Source of the DNA: Verrucomicrobiia bacterium | Lineage (GTDB): Bacteria > Verrucomicrobiota > Verrucomicrobiia > Limisphaerales > UBA1319 | NCBI GenBank assembly: GCA_963664225.1 | Contig: OY760937.1 | Coordinates: 4,416,001 to 4,480,000 of the forward strand | Direction: 5' to 3' | DNA: 64,000 nt | Shown here: piece after piece, positions 19,552-28,876 of the stretch | Numbering within the stretch: position 1 is the first letter of the stretch | Layout of the letters: each line of letters starts with the position of its first letter | Notes under the pieces: generated by a model | Told to the model about the DNA's origin: nothing | Databases searched by the model: none | Seen by the model: only the letters and a program-made list of their open reading frames with translations | Translations under genes and position numbers: made by a program

Positions 19552-20526
19552 ATGGATCCGTTTGGACGCAACGTGGATTATCTGCGAATTTCGATCACCG
19601 ATCGGTGCAACGAGCGATGTTTGTATTGCCTGCCCGAGGGATTCAAGAACTGGCAACTGCGTCCGGATTTGCTCACGCATGAGGAAATCGTGCGCATTGT
19701 TCGAGTGGCCACGCAGATAGGTTTTCGCAAGTTCCGGTTGACCGGTGGTGAACCGCTGGTGCGACCCGGCGTTCCTGAACTGGTCCGGGATCTTTCGGCC
19801 ATTCCTGAAGTGAAAGCCCTGGGTCTCTCGACGAACGGAACTCTGCTGGCCCCTCTGGCCCAACAACTTCGCAATGCCGGTCTGCGCACCGTTAACATCA
19901 GCCTGGACGCTCTTTCCCCGGAAATTTACCAGCGCATCACCGGAGGGCCATTGAGCAAGGTTCTCGAAGGCATCGAAGCCGCCCGGGACGCTGGTTTCGA
20001 GTGCATCAAGCTCAATTGCGTGCTCATGCGGCACATCAACGAACCGGAGATTTGGCCGTTGGTTCACTTTGCGGCAGAACGCGATATAACTTTACGCTTC
20101 ATCGAACTGATGCCGGTTACGCGCACGGATGTGTTGAGTGATGAAAATTTTCTGCCTGTTGGAAAAATCATGGACCTGCTGCGGGAAAGCGATGAATTGA
20201 TTCCGCAGGAACACGCTGTAATTGGTTACGGGCCAGCGCGTTACTACCGGCTTAAGCATGCCGGGGCGCTGGTTGGGTTTATCGGGGCCATCACCAACCT
20301 GCATTTCTGCGAATCCTGCAACCGCATGCGCGTGACTGCGGATGGCAAAATTCGTCCCTGTCTGGGCAATCACGGTGAAATATCCCTTAAGTCGGCTCTT
20401 CGGGAAGGTCTTCCAGATGAAGTGCTTGGGCAGGTCATTTTCCAGGCGCTCGATCAAAAGCCGAAGGAACACCAGTTCCGCAACCAATACGAACCGTGCC
20501 GCCACATGACGGCCATTGGCGGTTGA
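19552..20526 (+). CDS. moaA: GTP 3',8-cyclase (radical SAM)
   Basis: RISITDRCNERCLYC, LTGGEPL, CESCNRMR...RPCL, terminal IGG. Confidence 0.97.
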   Translation: MDPFGRNVDYLRISITDRCNERCLYCLPEGFKNWQLRPDLLTHEEIVRIVRVATQIGFRKFRLTGGEPLVRPGVPELVRDLSAIPEVKALGLSTNGTLLAPLAQQLRNAGLRTVNISLDALSPEIYQRITGGPLSKVLEGIEAARDAGFECIKLNCVLMRHINEPEIWPLVHFAAERDITLRFIELMPVTRTDVLSDENFLPVGKIMDLLRESDELIPQEHAVIGYGPARYYRLKHAGALVGFIGAITNLHFCESCNRMRVTADGKIRPCLGNHGEISLKSALREGLPDEVLGQVIFQALDQKPKEHQFRNQYEPCRHMTAIGG

Positions 20527-20586
20527 CCACGGGTTGACGACGGGTTCGGTCAACGGGTTGACCACGGGTTGACTGCTGGTCAACCG
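20521..20586. repeat. Short GGTTGACxxCG repeats with inverted GTCAAC copies
   Basis: ggttgaccacg/ggttgacgacg/ggttcggtcaacg/ggttgaccacg/ggttgactgct/ggtcaacc overlapping the moaA stop. Confidence 0.7.
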
Positions 20587-20705
20587 GATTGATTTTTGGA
20601 ACCTTTGGCGGGGGAGCAGAGGATTTTTTGTCCCGCATCTCCCGGCGCGATTCTGTTTCAAAGGGGATTGTCATTTCGGCGGGCTGATCTTAGAGTTTAT
20701 GAATC

Positions 20706-21392
20706 ATGTGGAAGACATTTGCGGAACAGGGCTATCCGGGCCGGTTGATTGCGGTCGAGGGTCTCGATGGCTCGGGAAAGTCAACCCAGATTCATTTGCT
20801 GAAACGGTGGCTTGAACTCCAGGGTTTGAAGGTGTTTTTTTCCGAGTGGAATTCCTCAACGCTGGTCAAGGCGGCCACGAGCAAGGCGAAGAAACGGGAA
20901 TTGCTGACGCCGACCACTTTCAGCCTGATTCACGCGACGGATTTCGCGGACCGCTATGAGCGCCAGATTGTTCCCCTGATCCGCGCCGGTTACATCGCGC
21001 TGTGCGACCGGTATATCTTCACCGCATTCGCCCGGGATACCGTGCGGGGCTGCCCGCCGGATTGGGTGCGCGGCAATTATAATTTCGCGCTGCTGCCCGA
21101 TCTGACGTTCTTTTTCAAGTCGCGTCTCGATGTTTCGCTGCAGCGCATTTTGGACAACCGTCCGCAGTTAAAGTACTTTGAGGCTGGAATGGATTTAGGC
21201 CTGTCAACAGATCCTTATGAGAGTTTCAAGTTGTTCCAGGGCAAAATTCTCGACCAATACCTGCACATGAGCGGCGAGTTCAAGTTCCTGGTCATCGATG
21301 CCAATCAGCCGATCGAGACCCAACAAAACCTGGTGCGTGAACTGGTTACGGCGCGGCTGGATCTTTCGGGGTTTGAATTGCAAAAAAGTTAA
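20706..21392 (+). CDS. Thymidylate kinase-like protein 1
   Basis: P-loop EGLDGSGKST; DFADR; CDRYIFT. Confidence 0.85.
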   Translation: MWKTFAEQGYPGRLIAVEGLDGSGKSTQIHLLKRWLELQGLKVFFSEWNSSTLVKAATSKAKKRELLTPTTFSLIHATDFADRYERQIVPLIRAGYIALCDRYIFTAFARDTVRGCPPDWVRGNYNFALLPDLTFFFKSRLDVSLQRILDNRPQLKYFEAGMDLGLSTDPYESFKLFQGKILDQYLHMSGEFKFLVIDANQPIETQQNLVRELVTARLDLSGFELQKS

Positions 21393-21403
21393 TCTTTTCT
21401 CAC

Positions 21404-22213
21404 ATGGACGACACTCCCTACACTCCTTATACTCCGACGGCGCAGACGGTTCCACCACCGTCCTCGACGCCGCTCCTGCGGTTCCGGCACAACGAAAAGC
21501 TCCACGTCAAGGTTCCCAAACACACGCCCAAGCGCTTTTACGGCCACGGCATTCCCGGCGTCGATCTGGACAAGCTTGTGGGCAAGCTCATTGTGGTGGA
21601 AGGCGCGGATTGTTCGGGGCGCAGCACGCAGATCGAGCGGCTGGTGGAATGGCTCGAGGGGAGCGGCCACGCCACGGTGCGCGTGGGCCTGAAACTCTCG
21701 AACCTTGTGAGCGAGGAACTGGAACTGGCCAAGCAGGGCAATGTGCTCAGCCGCATCACGCTGAGCCTTTTCTACGCCACCGATTTCGCCGATCAGCTCG
21801 AGAACATGATCATTCCCGCGTTGCGAGCCGGCGCCATGGTGCTGGCGGATCGCTATATTTATACGCTGATGGCGCGCGACATGGTGCGCGGGATGGACGA
21901 GGCCTGGCTTACCAATCTCTACGGAATGGCCCTGGTGCCCGATGCGGTCTTTTATTTGAACGTCGCGCCGGAAGACCTGGTTCAGCGCAATTTTGCAAAG
22001 AACGCCGCTTTGGATTATTGGGAGAGCGGCATCGACCTTGGTTTGAGCCGGGATTGGTTTGACAGTTTTCTGACGTATCAGGGTCTGCTCCAGAAGCAGT
22101 TTCAGCGGTTGCAAACGACTTATGGTTTCACCATCGTCAGCGGGCACAGGCCCATTGAAACGGTGAATTCCGAACTGCGGCATAAAATTGAAGCGGTGCT
22201 CAACGGCAAATAA
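21404..22213 (+). CDS. Thymidylate kinase-like protein 2 (atypical P-loop); start uncertain
   Basis: EGADCSGRST; DFADQ; ADRYIYT; clear paralog of the upstream gene. Confidence 0.82.
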   Translation: MDDTPYTPYTPTAQTVPPPSSTPLLRFRHNEKLHVKVPKHTPKRFYGHGIPGVDLDKLVGKLIVVEGADCSGRSTQIERLVEWLEGSGHATVRVGLKLSNLVSEELELAKQGNVLSRITLSLFYATDFADQLENMIIPALRAGAMVLADRYIYTLMARDMVRGMDEAWLTNLYGMALVPDAVFYLNVAPEDLVQRNFAKNAALDYWESGIDLGLSRDWFDSFLTYQGLLQKQFQRLQTTYGFTIVSGHRPIETVNSELRHKIEAVLNGK

Positions 22214-22243
22214 ATCAAGAATAATAATTTTCAATAATTGCAT

Positions 22244-23239
22244 ATGGCTGAAGCGAGCGAAAAGAAGGAATATTTCATCGGGGTGGACCTGGGCGGAACA
22301 AAGATTCTGGCGGGCGTGTTCAAGCCCCAGATCGAGTGCGTGGGCCGCTTTAAGATGAGCACCAAGCCCCAACGGGGGGCGAAGGGGGTCATCGAGCGTA
22401 TTGCCCGGTGTGTCGAGGATGCCATCGATGAATGCGACTTGAGCCTCAAGCAGGTGCGCGCCATCGGTGTCGGCGCTCCCGGCGCGGTGGATCCCGATTC
22501 CGGCCGGGTCATTTTCGCGCCCAATCTGGGATGGGAAAATGTGGATTTGAAGGCCGCCCTCGAGGATCAATTGAAGCTGCCGGTCTTCATTGAGAACGAC
22601 TGCAACGCCTGCACGCTGGGCGTGGTGGAGACCGAGTTGGATGCCAAGGTGAAAAATGTCATCGGCATTTTCCTGGGCACGGGCATCGGCGGCGGCATCA
22701 TCATCGACGGAAAGTTGTATTACGGTTTCAACCGCACCGCAGGGGAGATCGGGCACATGGTGATCGAGGTCGGTGGTCCGAAATGCGGTTGCGGCAATCG
22801 CGGCTGCTTTGAAGCCCTCGCAAGCCGCACCGCCATCTTCCGAAAAATCCAAAGCGCTGTCAAAGACGGGCAAAAAACCGTGCTTACCGACATGCTCGGC
22901 CCTTCCCTCGACGACATGCGCAGTGGGGATTTGCGCAAGGCCATTCGCCAGGGGGATAAATTTGTCGAGAAAGTCGTGGAGGAAGCGGCCGAATACACCG
23001 GCATTGCCGTGGCCAATTTGATCAACATCTTCAATCCCGAGGTGGTCATCCTCGGCGGAGGCGTCATTGCCGCCCTGGCGGATGAAATGATGGCGGTCAT
23101 TGTGGAAACCGCCAAGGACTACACCTTTCCGGGCACATTCAAAGGCATCAACATCATCGCCACCAAACTCGGTGACGACGCCGGGATATTCGGCGGCGCG
23201 GCATTGGCCCGGATAAAAGCGCGCAAATTGGAGCAGTGA
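22244..23239 (+). CDS. ROK family sugar kinase (glucokinase-like)
   Basis: GVDLGGTK, ENDCN, GTGIGGG, GEIGH, CGCGNRGCFE. Confidence 0.93.
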   Translation: MAEASEKKEYFIGVDLGGTKILAGVFKPQIECVGRFKMSTKPQRGAKGVIERIARCVEDAIDECDLSLKQVRAIGVGAPGAVDPDSGRVIFAPNLGWENVDLKAALEDQLKLPVFIENDCNACTLGVVETELDAKVKNVIGIFLGTGIGGGIIIDGKLYYGFNRTAGEIGHMVIEVGGPKCGCGNRGCFEALASRTAIFRKIQSAVKDGQKTVLTDMLGPSLDDMRSGDLRKAIRQGDKFVEKVVEEAAEYTGIAVANLINIFNPEVVILGGGVIAALADEMMAVIVETAKDYTFPGTFKGINIIATKLGDDAGIFGGAALARIKARKLEQ

Positions 23240-23280
23240 ATCTGGGGGGGGCGCGATTCATTAGGCATAGGACTGAGGTG

Positions 23281-23729
23281 CAAACGCAATATTCCCGTTC
23301 GGGCGATATCACCACGGAGGGGAAAAAGTCACCGCTAATGTGCGCTAATGGACGCTAATAATTGGAGATAAAACTCATAGGAGGAAAACACAGGGCTGTG
23401 AAAGGGGAAATATTAACATGGATGGACAGGATTAACAGGATGGGGAAAAGGGCGGAATGGATAAGGACAGAATGGAAAAAGGCGGAATGGATAATTGACA
23501 ATTGACCCCGGGTGGGGTTGGTTGAGGAGGAAAATATCAGTTGGAAGGAAAAAAAGGCACGCCCTCATCCCGGCCTTCTCCCCCAGGAGAAGGAGGAGTA
23601 TTGCGAGCCTTGGGTTTATTGGACGGTTTGGAGGATGCCGCCGCATGGGATTACATGCCCCACACCGCAGACTGGAGTCCTGGCTGGGTTCGTACGGTTC
23701 AGGCTTTTACCAGCTTTCTGAGTTTTGTC
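23281..23729 (+). repeat. Repeat A copy 1 (~449 bp non-coding mosaic)
   Basis: Near-identical to 23990-24437 (about 10 differences by eye); 3' part recurs diverged at ~63471-63645. Confidence 0.95.
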
Positions 23730-23740
23730 GTGCGCCCAGC

Positions 23741-24012
23741 GGATGGATTTGAAGCGAGGCGGGAGATGGAGTTGATTCAACGCCTACAGCGTTGGGGATT
23801 CTGAGGGACGAGGACCCCGGGTAGTCCCCGGCGGACAACCCGGGGCTGAATGATTTAATCCCTTCGGGATAAAGAGATGTGGGAGGCAACCCCGTATAGC
23901 AGAGTGATGCAACCCGTTCCGGGTTGAGGTGCGCAAATTGGAGTAGTGAACCTGAGGCCTGGGATGCATCAGGCAAAGGCTTGGGGACGCAAACGTAATA
24001 TTCCCGCTCGGG
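23741..24012 (+). repeat. Repeat B copy 1 (272 bp: one REP-like half unit plus tail)
   Basis: Near-identical to 28488-28759. Confidence 0.95.
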
Positions 24013-24437
24013 CGACATCACCACGGAGGGGAAAAGTCACCGCTAATGTGCGCTAATGGACGCTAATAATTGGAGATAAAACTCATAGGAGGAAAAGACA
24101 GGGCTGTGAAAGGGGAAATATTAACATGGATGGACAGGATTAACAGGATGGGGAAAAGGGCGGAAAGGATAAGGACAGAATGGATAAAGGCGGAATGGAT
24201 AATTGACAATTGACCCCGGGTGGGGTTGGTTGAGGAGGAAAATATCAGTTGGAAGGAAAAAAAGGCACGCCCTCATCCCGGCCTTCTCCCCCAGGAGAAG
24301 GAGGAGTATTGCGAGCCTTGGGTTTATTGGACGGTTTGGAGGATGCCGCCGGGTGGGATTACATGCCCCACGCCGCAGACTGGAGTCCTGGCTGGGTTCG
24401 TACGGTTCAGGCTTTTACCAGCTTTCTGAGTTTTGTC
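23990..24437 (+). repeat. Repeat A copy 2
   Basis: Direct repeat of 23281-23729 at ~708-bp offset, immediately upstream of the R-M gene. Confidence 0.95.
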
Positions 24438-24509
24438 CTGCGCTCCGCATATTCCTGTGTTGCATTTTCCTGCTGACCAATCGGCTTCGCTATGATTTGC
24501 TTGTGCCTC

Positions 24510-27500
24510 ATGAGCAACAAAGTCCAGGGCGAACCGCAATCCGTGCCAGCGACGGAGGCATTTGAGCAGGCATTCAGCGTGGTTCAATCGCTGGCCCGGG
24601 ATTTTGAGGCGAACAAGGCCCATTTTCTTTCGCCATCGTACCAGGAAAGCGAAGTCCGAAAGGATTACATCGACAAGTTTCTGATGGCGCTGGGATGGGA
24701 CGTCAATCACGACCGGCAAAAGAACCCATTTGAGCAGGAGGTCAAGGTGGAACGGGGCGTGAACATGCAAGGCTCCCAACGCCGCGCGGATTACGCTTTT
24801 TACGCCGCCCCCAATTTCCGGGACGTGCGGTTCTTCGCGGAGGCCAAGAAACCGTTTGGGGACATCGCGACCCAGCAGAATTATTTTCAGACCATCCGCT
24901 ACGGGTGGAACGCCAAAACGCCCATTGCCATTCTCACGGACTTTGAGCAATTCCAGATTCTGGATTGCAGGAATAAGCCGAACATCGATGCGGCGCTGAC
25001 GCATTGCATCCGCAAGTTTCATTTTTCCGAGTATGCCGACAAGGACGCCTTCGCATTCATCTACTACCTGTTTTCGCGCGAAGCGGTTGCGAATGGATCG
25101 CTTGATAAATTCGCCGAAACCCTCCCCAAAAAGCGTGGCAAAGCGGCTCAGCGTGGGTTGTTCAAGGAGGGGCAGAGCATTGACGATGCGTTCCTGGAGG
25201 AACTGGACGAATACCGTGACACGCTTGCCCGCGCCTTCAAAAACAATAATCCAGATTTGGACGGCGACACGCTCACGGAGATGACGCAGCGGACGATTGA
25301 CCGCCTGGTTTTCATGCGGTTTATCGAGGACAAGCAGATTCAAGCCGAGGAGTATGTGTCCAATTTCGGGCGCAAGAGCACCGCGTGGCAGGACTTCATT
25401 ACCACGTCACGCCGGTTGGATGGCATCTACAACGGCATTGTTTTTAAGCGGCATGACATTCTGGACGCCCCCGCCTTCAAGGTGGACGACGAGGCTTTTG
25501 CGGATATTTGCAGGAAGCTCGCGCATGACAACTCGCCCTACGATTTTAACAGCATCCCGATCCACATCCTTGGCAGCATCTACGAGCGCTTTCTGGGCAA
25601 GGTCATCGTCACCACGGACAAACGCGCCCGACTTGAGGAAAAGCCCGAAGTCCGAAAAGCGGGGGGCGTATATTACACGCCTGAGTATATCGTCCGTTAC
25701 ATTGTGGAGAATACGGTCGGCAAGGTGATCGAGGACAAGACACCGGCACAGATCGAGACCCTGCGCTTTGCGGACATTGCGTGCGGCAGCGGGTCTTTCC
25801 TGCTGGGCGTCTATGACCTGCTGCTCCGTTATCATGTCAAATGGTTCAACGAGAATCCCGAGAAAGCCAAAAAGGCGGGGTGCATCGCCAATGACGACGG
25901 GGGGTGGAGCCTGTCCCTGCACCAGCGCAGGCGCATTCTGGTGAACAATATTTACGGCGTGGACATCGATCATCAGGCCGTGGAAGTGGCGCAACTTTCG
26001 CTCTACCTGAAACTGTTGCAGGATGAAACGACCGCCTCGGCGCGCCAGCATCAACTGGAGTTTCAAGAAACGATCCTGCCCTCGCTCAATAAAAACATCG
26101 TGTGCGGCAATTCGCTCATCGGCATGGATATATTGACGGGTCAACTCCTGGCGAGCGATGAGGAACGCAAATTGAATCCGATGGATTACGAACAGCGTTT
26201 TCCCGAAGTCATGAAGAAAGGCGGGTTCGATGCGATTGTGGGGAATCCGCCGTATGTGCGGCAAGAAACCCTGTCCAATATCAAAGGATATCTTGAAACA
26301 CATTACCAATCGTTTAATGGCATTGCAGACCTCTACACTTACTTCATGGAGAAGTCGCTGAGTCTCCTAAGAAACGGCGGTTTATTCAGTTACATCGTAT
26401 CCAGCAGTTTTCTGCGTGCCACGTATGGTGAGCCGTTGCGCCGTCACTTAAAATCAGTGGGCACTATTTTGCAGATGGTGGATTTTGGCGGTTTGGCAGT
26501 CTTTGCGAGTGCAAAAGATACCTATGTGTGTATTCCACTGATTGAAAAGGGCACCACTGAGCCACTGCCACGTATTCAGATCTGCAAAATCCCATCCCTG
26601 AAAATCACGAACCTGATGGCGTATGTTGCTGAACATTTTTTCACAATACCGGCGGAACGATTTTCAGCGGCGGCATGGCCGTTGAAGTCCGATGCAGAGG
26701 CGGCAGTTTTTGAAAAAGTGACGAAAGGCGGAATGCCGCTTGGGGATTACGTCCAACGGAAAATATTCTATGGCCTAAAAACAGGTTTAAATGATGCTTT
26801 TGTCATTACGTCAGAGCAGCGACAGAAGATAATTGAGCAGTCGCCAGGGAGTGCGTCGCTGATAAAACCATTTCTTGGCGGCGAAGACATTCGGCGCTAC
26901 CGCATTGAAGATGATGGAAAATTGATGATCGTTATTCCGTGCGGGTGGACACGAGCAGAAATCAACAAGACCAAGCAAGGAAACGCTTCTGAAAAGCAAG
27001 CATGGGAATGGTTAAATGAGAACCATGCTGCCATCGCCAAGCATCTTGAACAATATGAGGAATCGCTCCGAAAACGCCAAGACCAGGGAGATTTCTTCTG
27101 GGAATTGAGACCCTGCGATTATTACTCCCACCTCGACGCACCGAAAATCATTTTCCCGGACATCTGCAAAGCGCCACGTTTCTATGTTGACCGTGAAGGG
27201 ATTTATTTAACAAATACCGCATATTGTCTCGGTTCCGAGAGTCTTTATCTGCTTGGGCTGCTCAATGGCCGGTTGTTTTGGTTTGCGATCAGCAACATCA
27301 GCATTCCTTTTGGCGTCCGGGCTGGCGAATACCGCTACCGCCTGATTTATCAATACATGGAGCAAGTGCCCATTCACCCGATTGATGCCAAGAAACCGGC
27401 AGAAAAAGCAAAGCACGACAAAATTGTTTCGTTGGTGGAGCAGAACCTGTTAGTCCAAAAGCAGGCGGCCTCCGCCCAGTCCGACAAGGACAAGGATTTT

Positions 27501-27617
27501 TACGGGAACAAATGCGCGGCCATTGACAGCCAGATCGATGCGCTCGTTTACGAGTTGTATGATCTGACAGCGGAGGAAATCAGCATTGTGGAAGGCGCCT
27601 CGGAGGGCAAAGGCTGA
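24510..27617 (+). CDS. Type IIG (fused endonuclease-N6 methyltransferase) restriction-modification enzyme, Eco57I/TaqI-like
   Basis: N-terminal PD-(D/E)xK-like ADY...EAKK; LGSIYE, GVYYTP, motif I DIACGSGSFL, YGVDID, motif IV NPPY; C-terminal TRD and IDALVYELYDL coiled coil. Confidence 0.92.
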   Translation: MSNKVQGEPQSVPATEAFEQAFSVVQSLARDFEANKAHFLSPSYQESEVRKDYIDKFLMALGWDVNHDRQKNPFEQEVKVERGVNMQGSQRRADYAFYAAPNFRDVRFFAEAKKPFGDIATQQNYFQTIRYGWNAKTPIAILTDFEQFQILDCRNKPNIDAALTHCIRKFHFSEYADKDAFAFIYYLFSREAVANGSLDKFAETLPKKRGKAAQRGLFKEGQSIDDAFLEELDEYRDTLARAFKNNNPDLDGDTLTEMTQRTIDRLVFMRFIEDKQIQAEEYVSNFGRKSTAWQDFITTSRRLDGIYNGIVFKRHDILDAPAFKVDDEAFADICRKLAHDNSPYDFNSIPIHILGSIYERFLGKVIVTTDKRARLEEKPEVRKAGGVYYTPEYIVRYIVENTVGKVIEDKTPAQIETLRFADIACGSGSFLLGVYDLLLRYHVKWFNENPEKAKKAGCIANDDGGWSLSLHQRRRILVNNIYGVDIDHQAVEVAQLSLYLKLLQDETTASARQHQLEFQETILPSLNKNIVCGNSLIGMDILTGQLLASDEERKLNPMDYEQRFPEVMKKGGFDAIVGNPPYVRQETLSNIKGYLETHYQSFNGIADLYTYFMEKSLSLLRNGGLFSYIVSSSFLRATYGEPLRRHLKSVGTILQMVDFGGLAVFASAKDTYVCIPLIEKGTTEPLPRIQICKIPSLKITNLMAYVAEHFFTIPAERFSAAAWPLKSDAEAAVFEKVTKGGMPLGDYVQRKIFYGLKTGLNDAFVITSEQRQKIIEQSPGSASLIKPFLGGEDIRRYRIEDDGKLMIVIPCGWTRAEINKTKQGNASEKQAWEWLNENHAAIAKHLEQYEESLRKRQDQGDFFWELRPCDYYSHLDAPKIIFPDICKAPRFYVDREGIYLTNTAYCLGSESLYLLGLLNGRLFWFAISNISIPFGVRAGEYRYRLIYQYMEQVPIHPIDAKKPAEKAKHDKIVSLVEQNLLVQKQAASAQSDKDKDFYGNKCAAIDSQIDALVYELYDLTAEEISIVEGASEGKG

Positions 27618-27711
27618 ATCAAACCACCGGCCATGGCATCGCAGGGGCCTTGGAAGTCGGTCATCCCTCCGGGATAAATAATTGTGTGAGGTGTAATCCC
27701 AGAGTAGTCCG

Positions 27712-28642
27712 TTCCTCGCAATCCCGGGGGTGCGTGGGATGGGTGGGCAGCGCGGCCTAATGCGAACTACGATGCGTAGGGGATCGATTTGAAGCGAGGC
27801 GGAAGATGGATTTGATTCAACGCCTACAGCGTTGGGGATTCTGAGGGACGAGGACCCCGGGTAGTCCCCGGCGGACAACCCGGGGCTGAGTGATTTAATC
27901 CCTTCGGGATAAAGACGTTTGGGAGGCGAACCCTGGGCAGTTTGTTTCCTCGCAATCCCGGGGGTGCGTGGGATGGGTGGGCCGCGCGGCCTAATGCGAA
28001 CTGCGATGCGTATAGGGGATCGATTTGAAGCGAGGCGGGAGATGGAGTTGATTCAACGCCTACAGCGTTGGGGATTCTGAGGGACGAGGACCCCGGGTAG
28101 TCCCCGGCGGACAACCCGGGGCTGAATGATTTAATTCCTTCGGGATAAAGAGATGTGGGAGGCAACCCCGTGGGTAGTTTGTTTCCTCGCAATCCCGGGG
28201 GTGCGTGGGATGGGTGGGCAGCGCGGCCTAATGCGAACTGCGATGCGTATAGGGGATCGATTTGAAGCGAGGCGGAAGATGGATTTGATTCAACGCCTAC
28301 AGCGTTGGGGATTCTGAGGGACGAGGACCCCGGGTAGTCCCCGGCGGACAACCCGGGGCTGAGTGATTTAATCCCTTCGGGATAAAGACATTTGGGAGGC
28401 GAACCCTGGGCAGTTTGTTTCCTCGCAATCCCGGGGGTGCGTGGGATGGGTGGGCAGCGCGGCCTAATGCGAACTGCGATGCGTAGGGGATCGATTTGAA
28501 GCGAGGCGGGAGATGGAGTTGATTCAACGCCTACAGCGTTGGGGATTCTGAGGGACGAGGACCCCGGGTAGTCCCCGGCGGACAACCCGGGGCTGAATGA
28601 TTTAATCCCTTCGGGATAAAGAGATGTGGGAGGCAACCCCGT
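27712..28642 (+). repeat. Tandem array of four ~234-237 bp REP-like palindromic units (ABAB)
   Basis: Units start at 27712, 27946, 28183, 28419 (TTCCTCGCAATCCCGGGGG); each has hairpins AACGC-ctaca-GCGTT, CCCCGGG...CCCGGGG and ATCCC-ttc-GGGAT (one mismatch in unit 2). Confidence 0.95.
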
Positions 28643-28759
28643 ATAGCTAAGTGATGCAACCCGTTCCGGGTTGAGGTGCGCAAATTGGAGCAGTGAACAT
28701 GAGACCTGGGATGCATCAGGCAAAGGCTTGGGGACGCAAACGCAATATTCCCGTTCGGG
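28488..28759 (+). repeat. Repeat B copy 2
   Basis: Direct repeat of 23741-24012; ends inside the first hip operator. Confidence 0.95.
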
Positions 28760-28865
28760 AATAAAACAGAGGTAAATGAGGCCGCCACACTGAATTATTC
28801 CCGCTCGGGAATATATGGCTTGATTTGCCCGCGAATGCGAGTAATGTTACCGCACGGTAACATTA
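28746..28865 (+). promoter_or_regulatory. Three palindromic operators in the hipBA promoter
   Basis: TATTCCCG-tt-CGGGAATA (28746-28763), TATTCCCG-ct-CGGGAATA (28796-28813), TGTTACCG-ca-CGGTAACA (28845-28862); TTGATT-N16-TAATGT candidate promoter overlaps the third. Confidence 0.8.
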
Positions 28866-28876
28866 GGGCATTTGCC

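Noticed and set aside
27712..28642. CRISPR or guide-RNA array
   Set aside because: Units are ~236 bp and near-identical throughout, with no unique spacers and no cas-like genes in the window
27450..28788. Minus-strand ORFs of 76-299 aa across the array, and ORFs within repeats A and B (23413-24565)
   Set aside because: They translate palindromic repeats, shift frame between units and have no protein motifs
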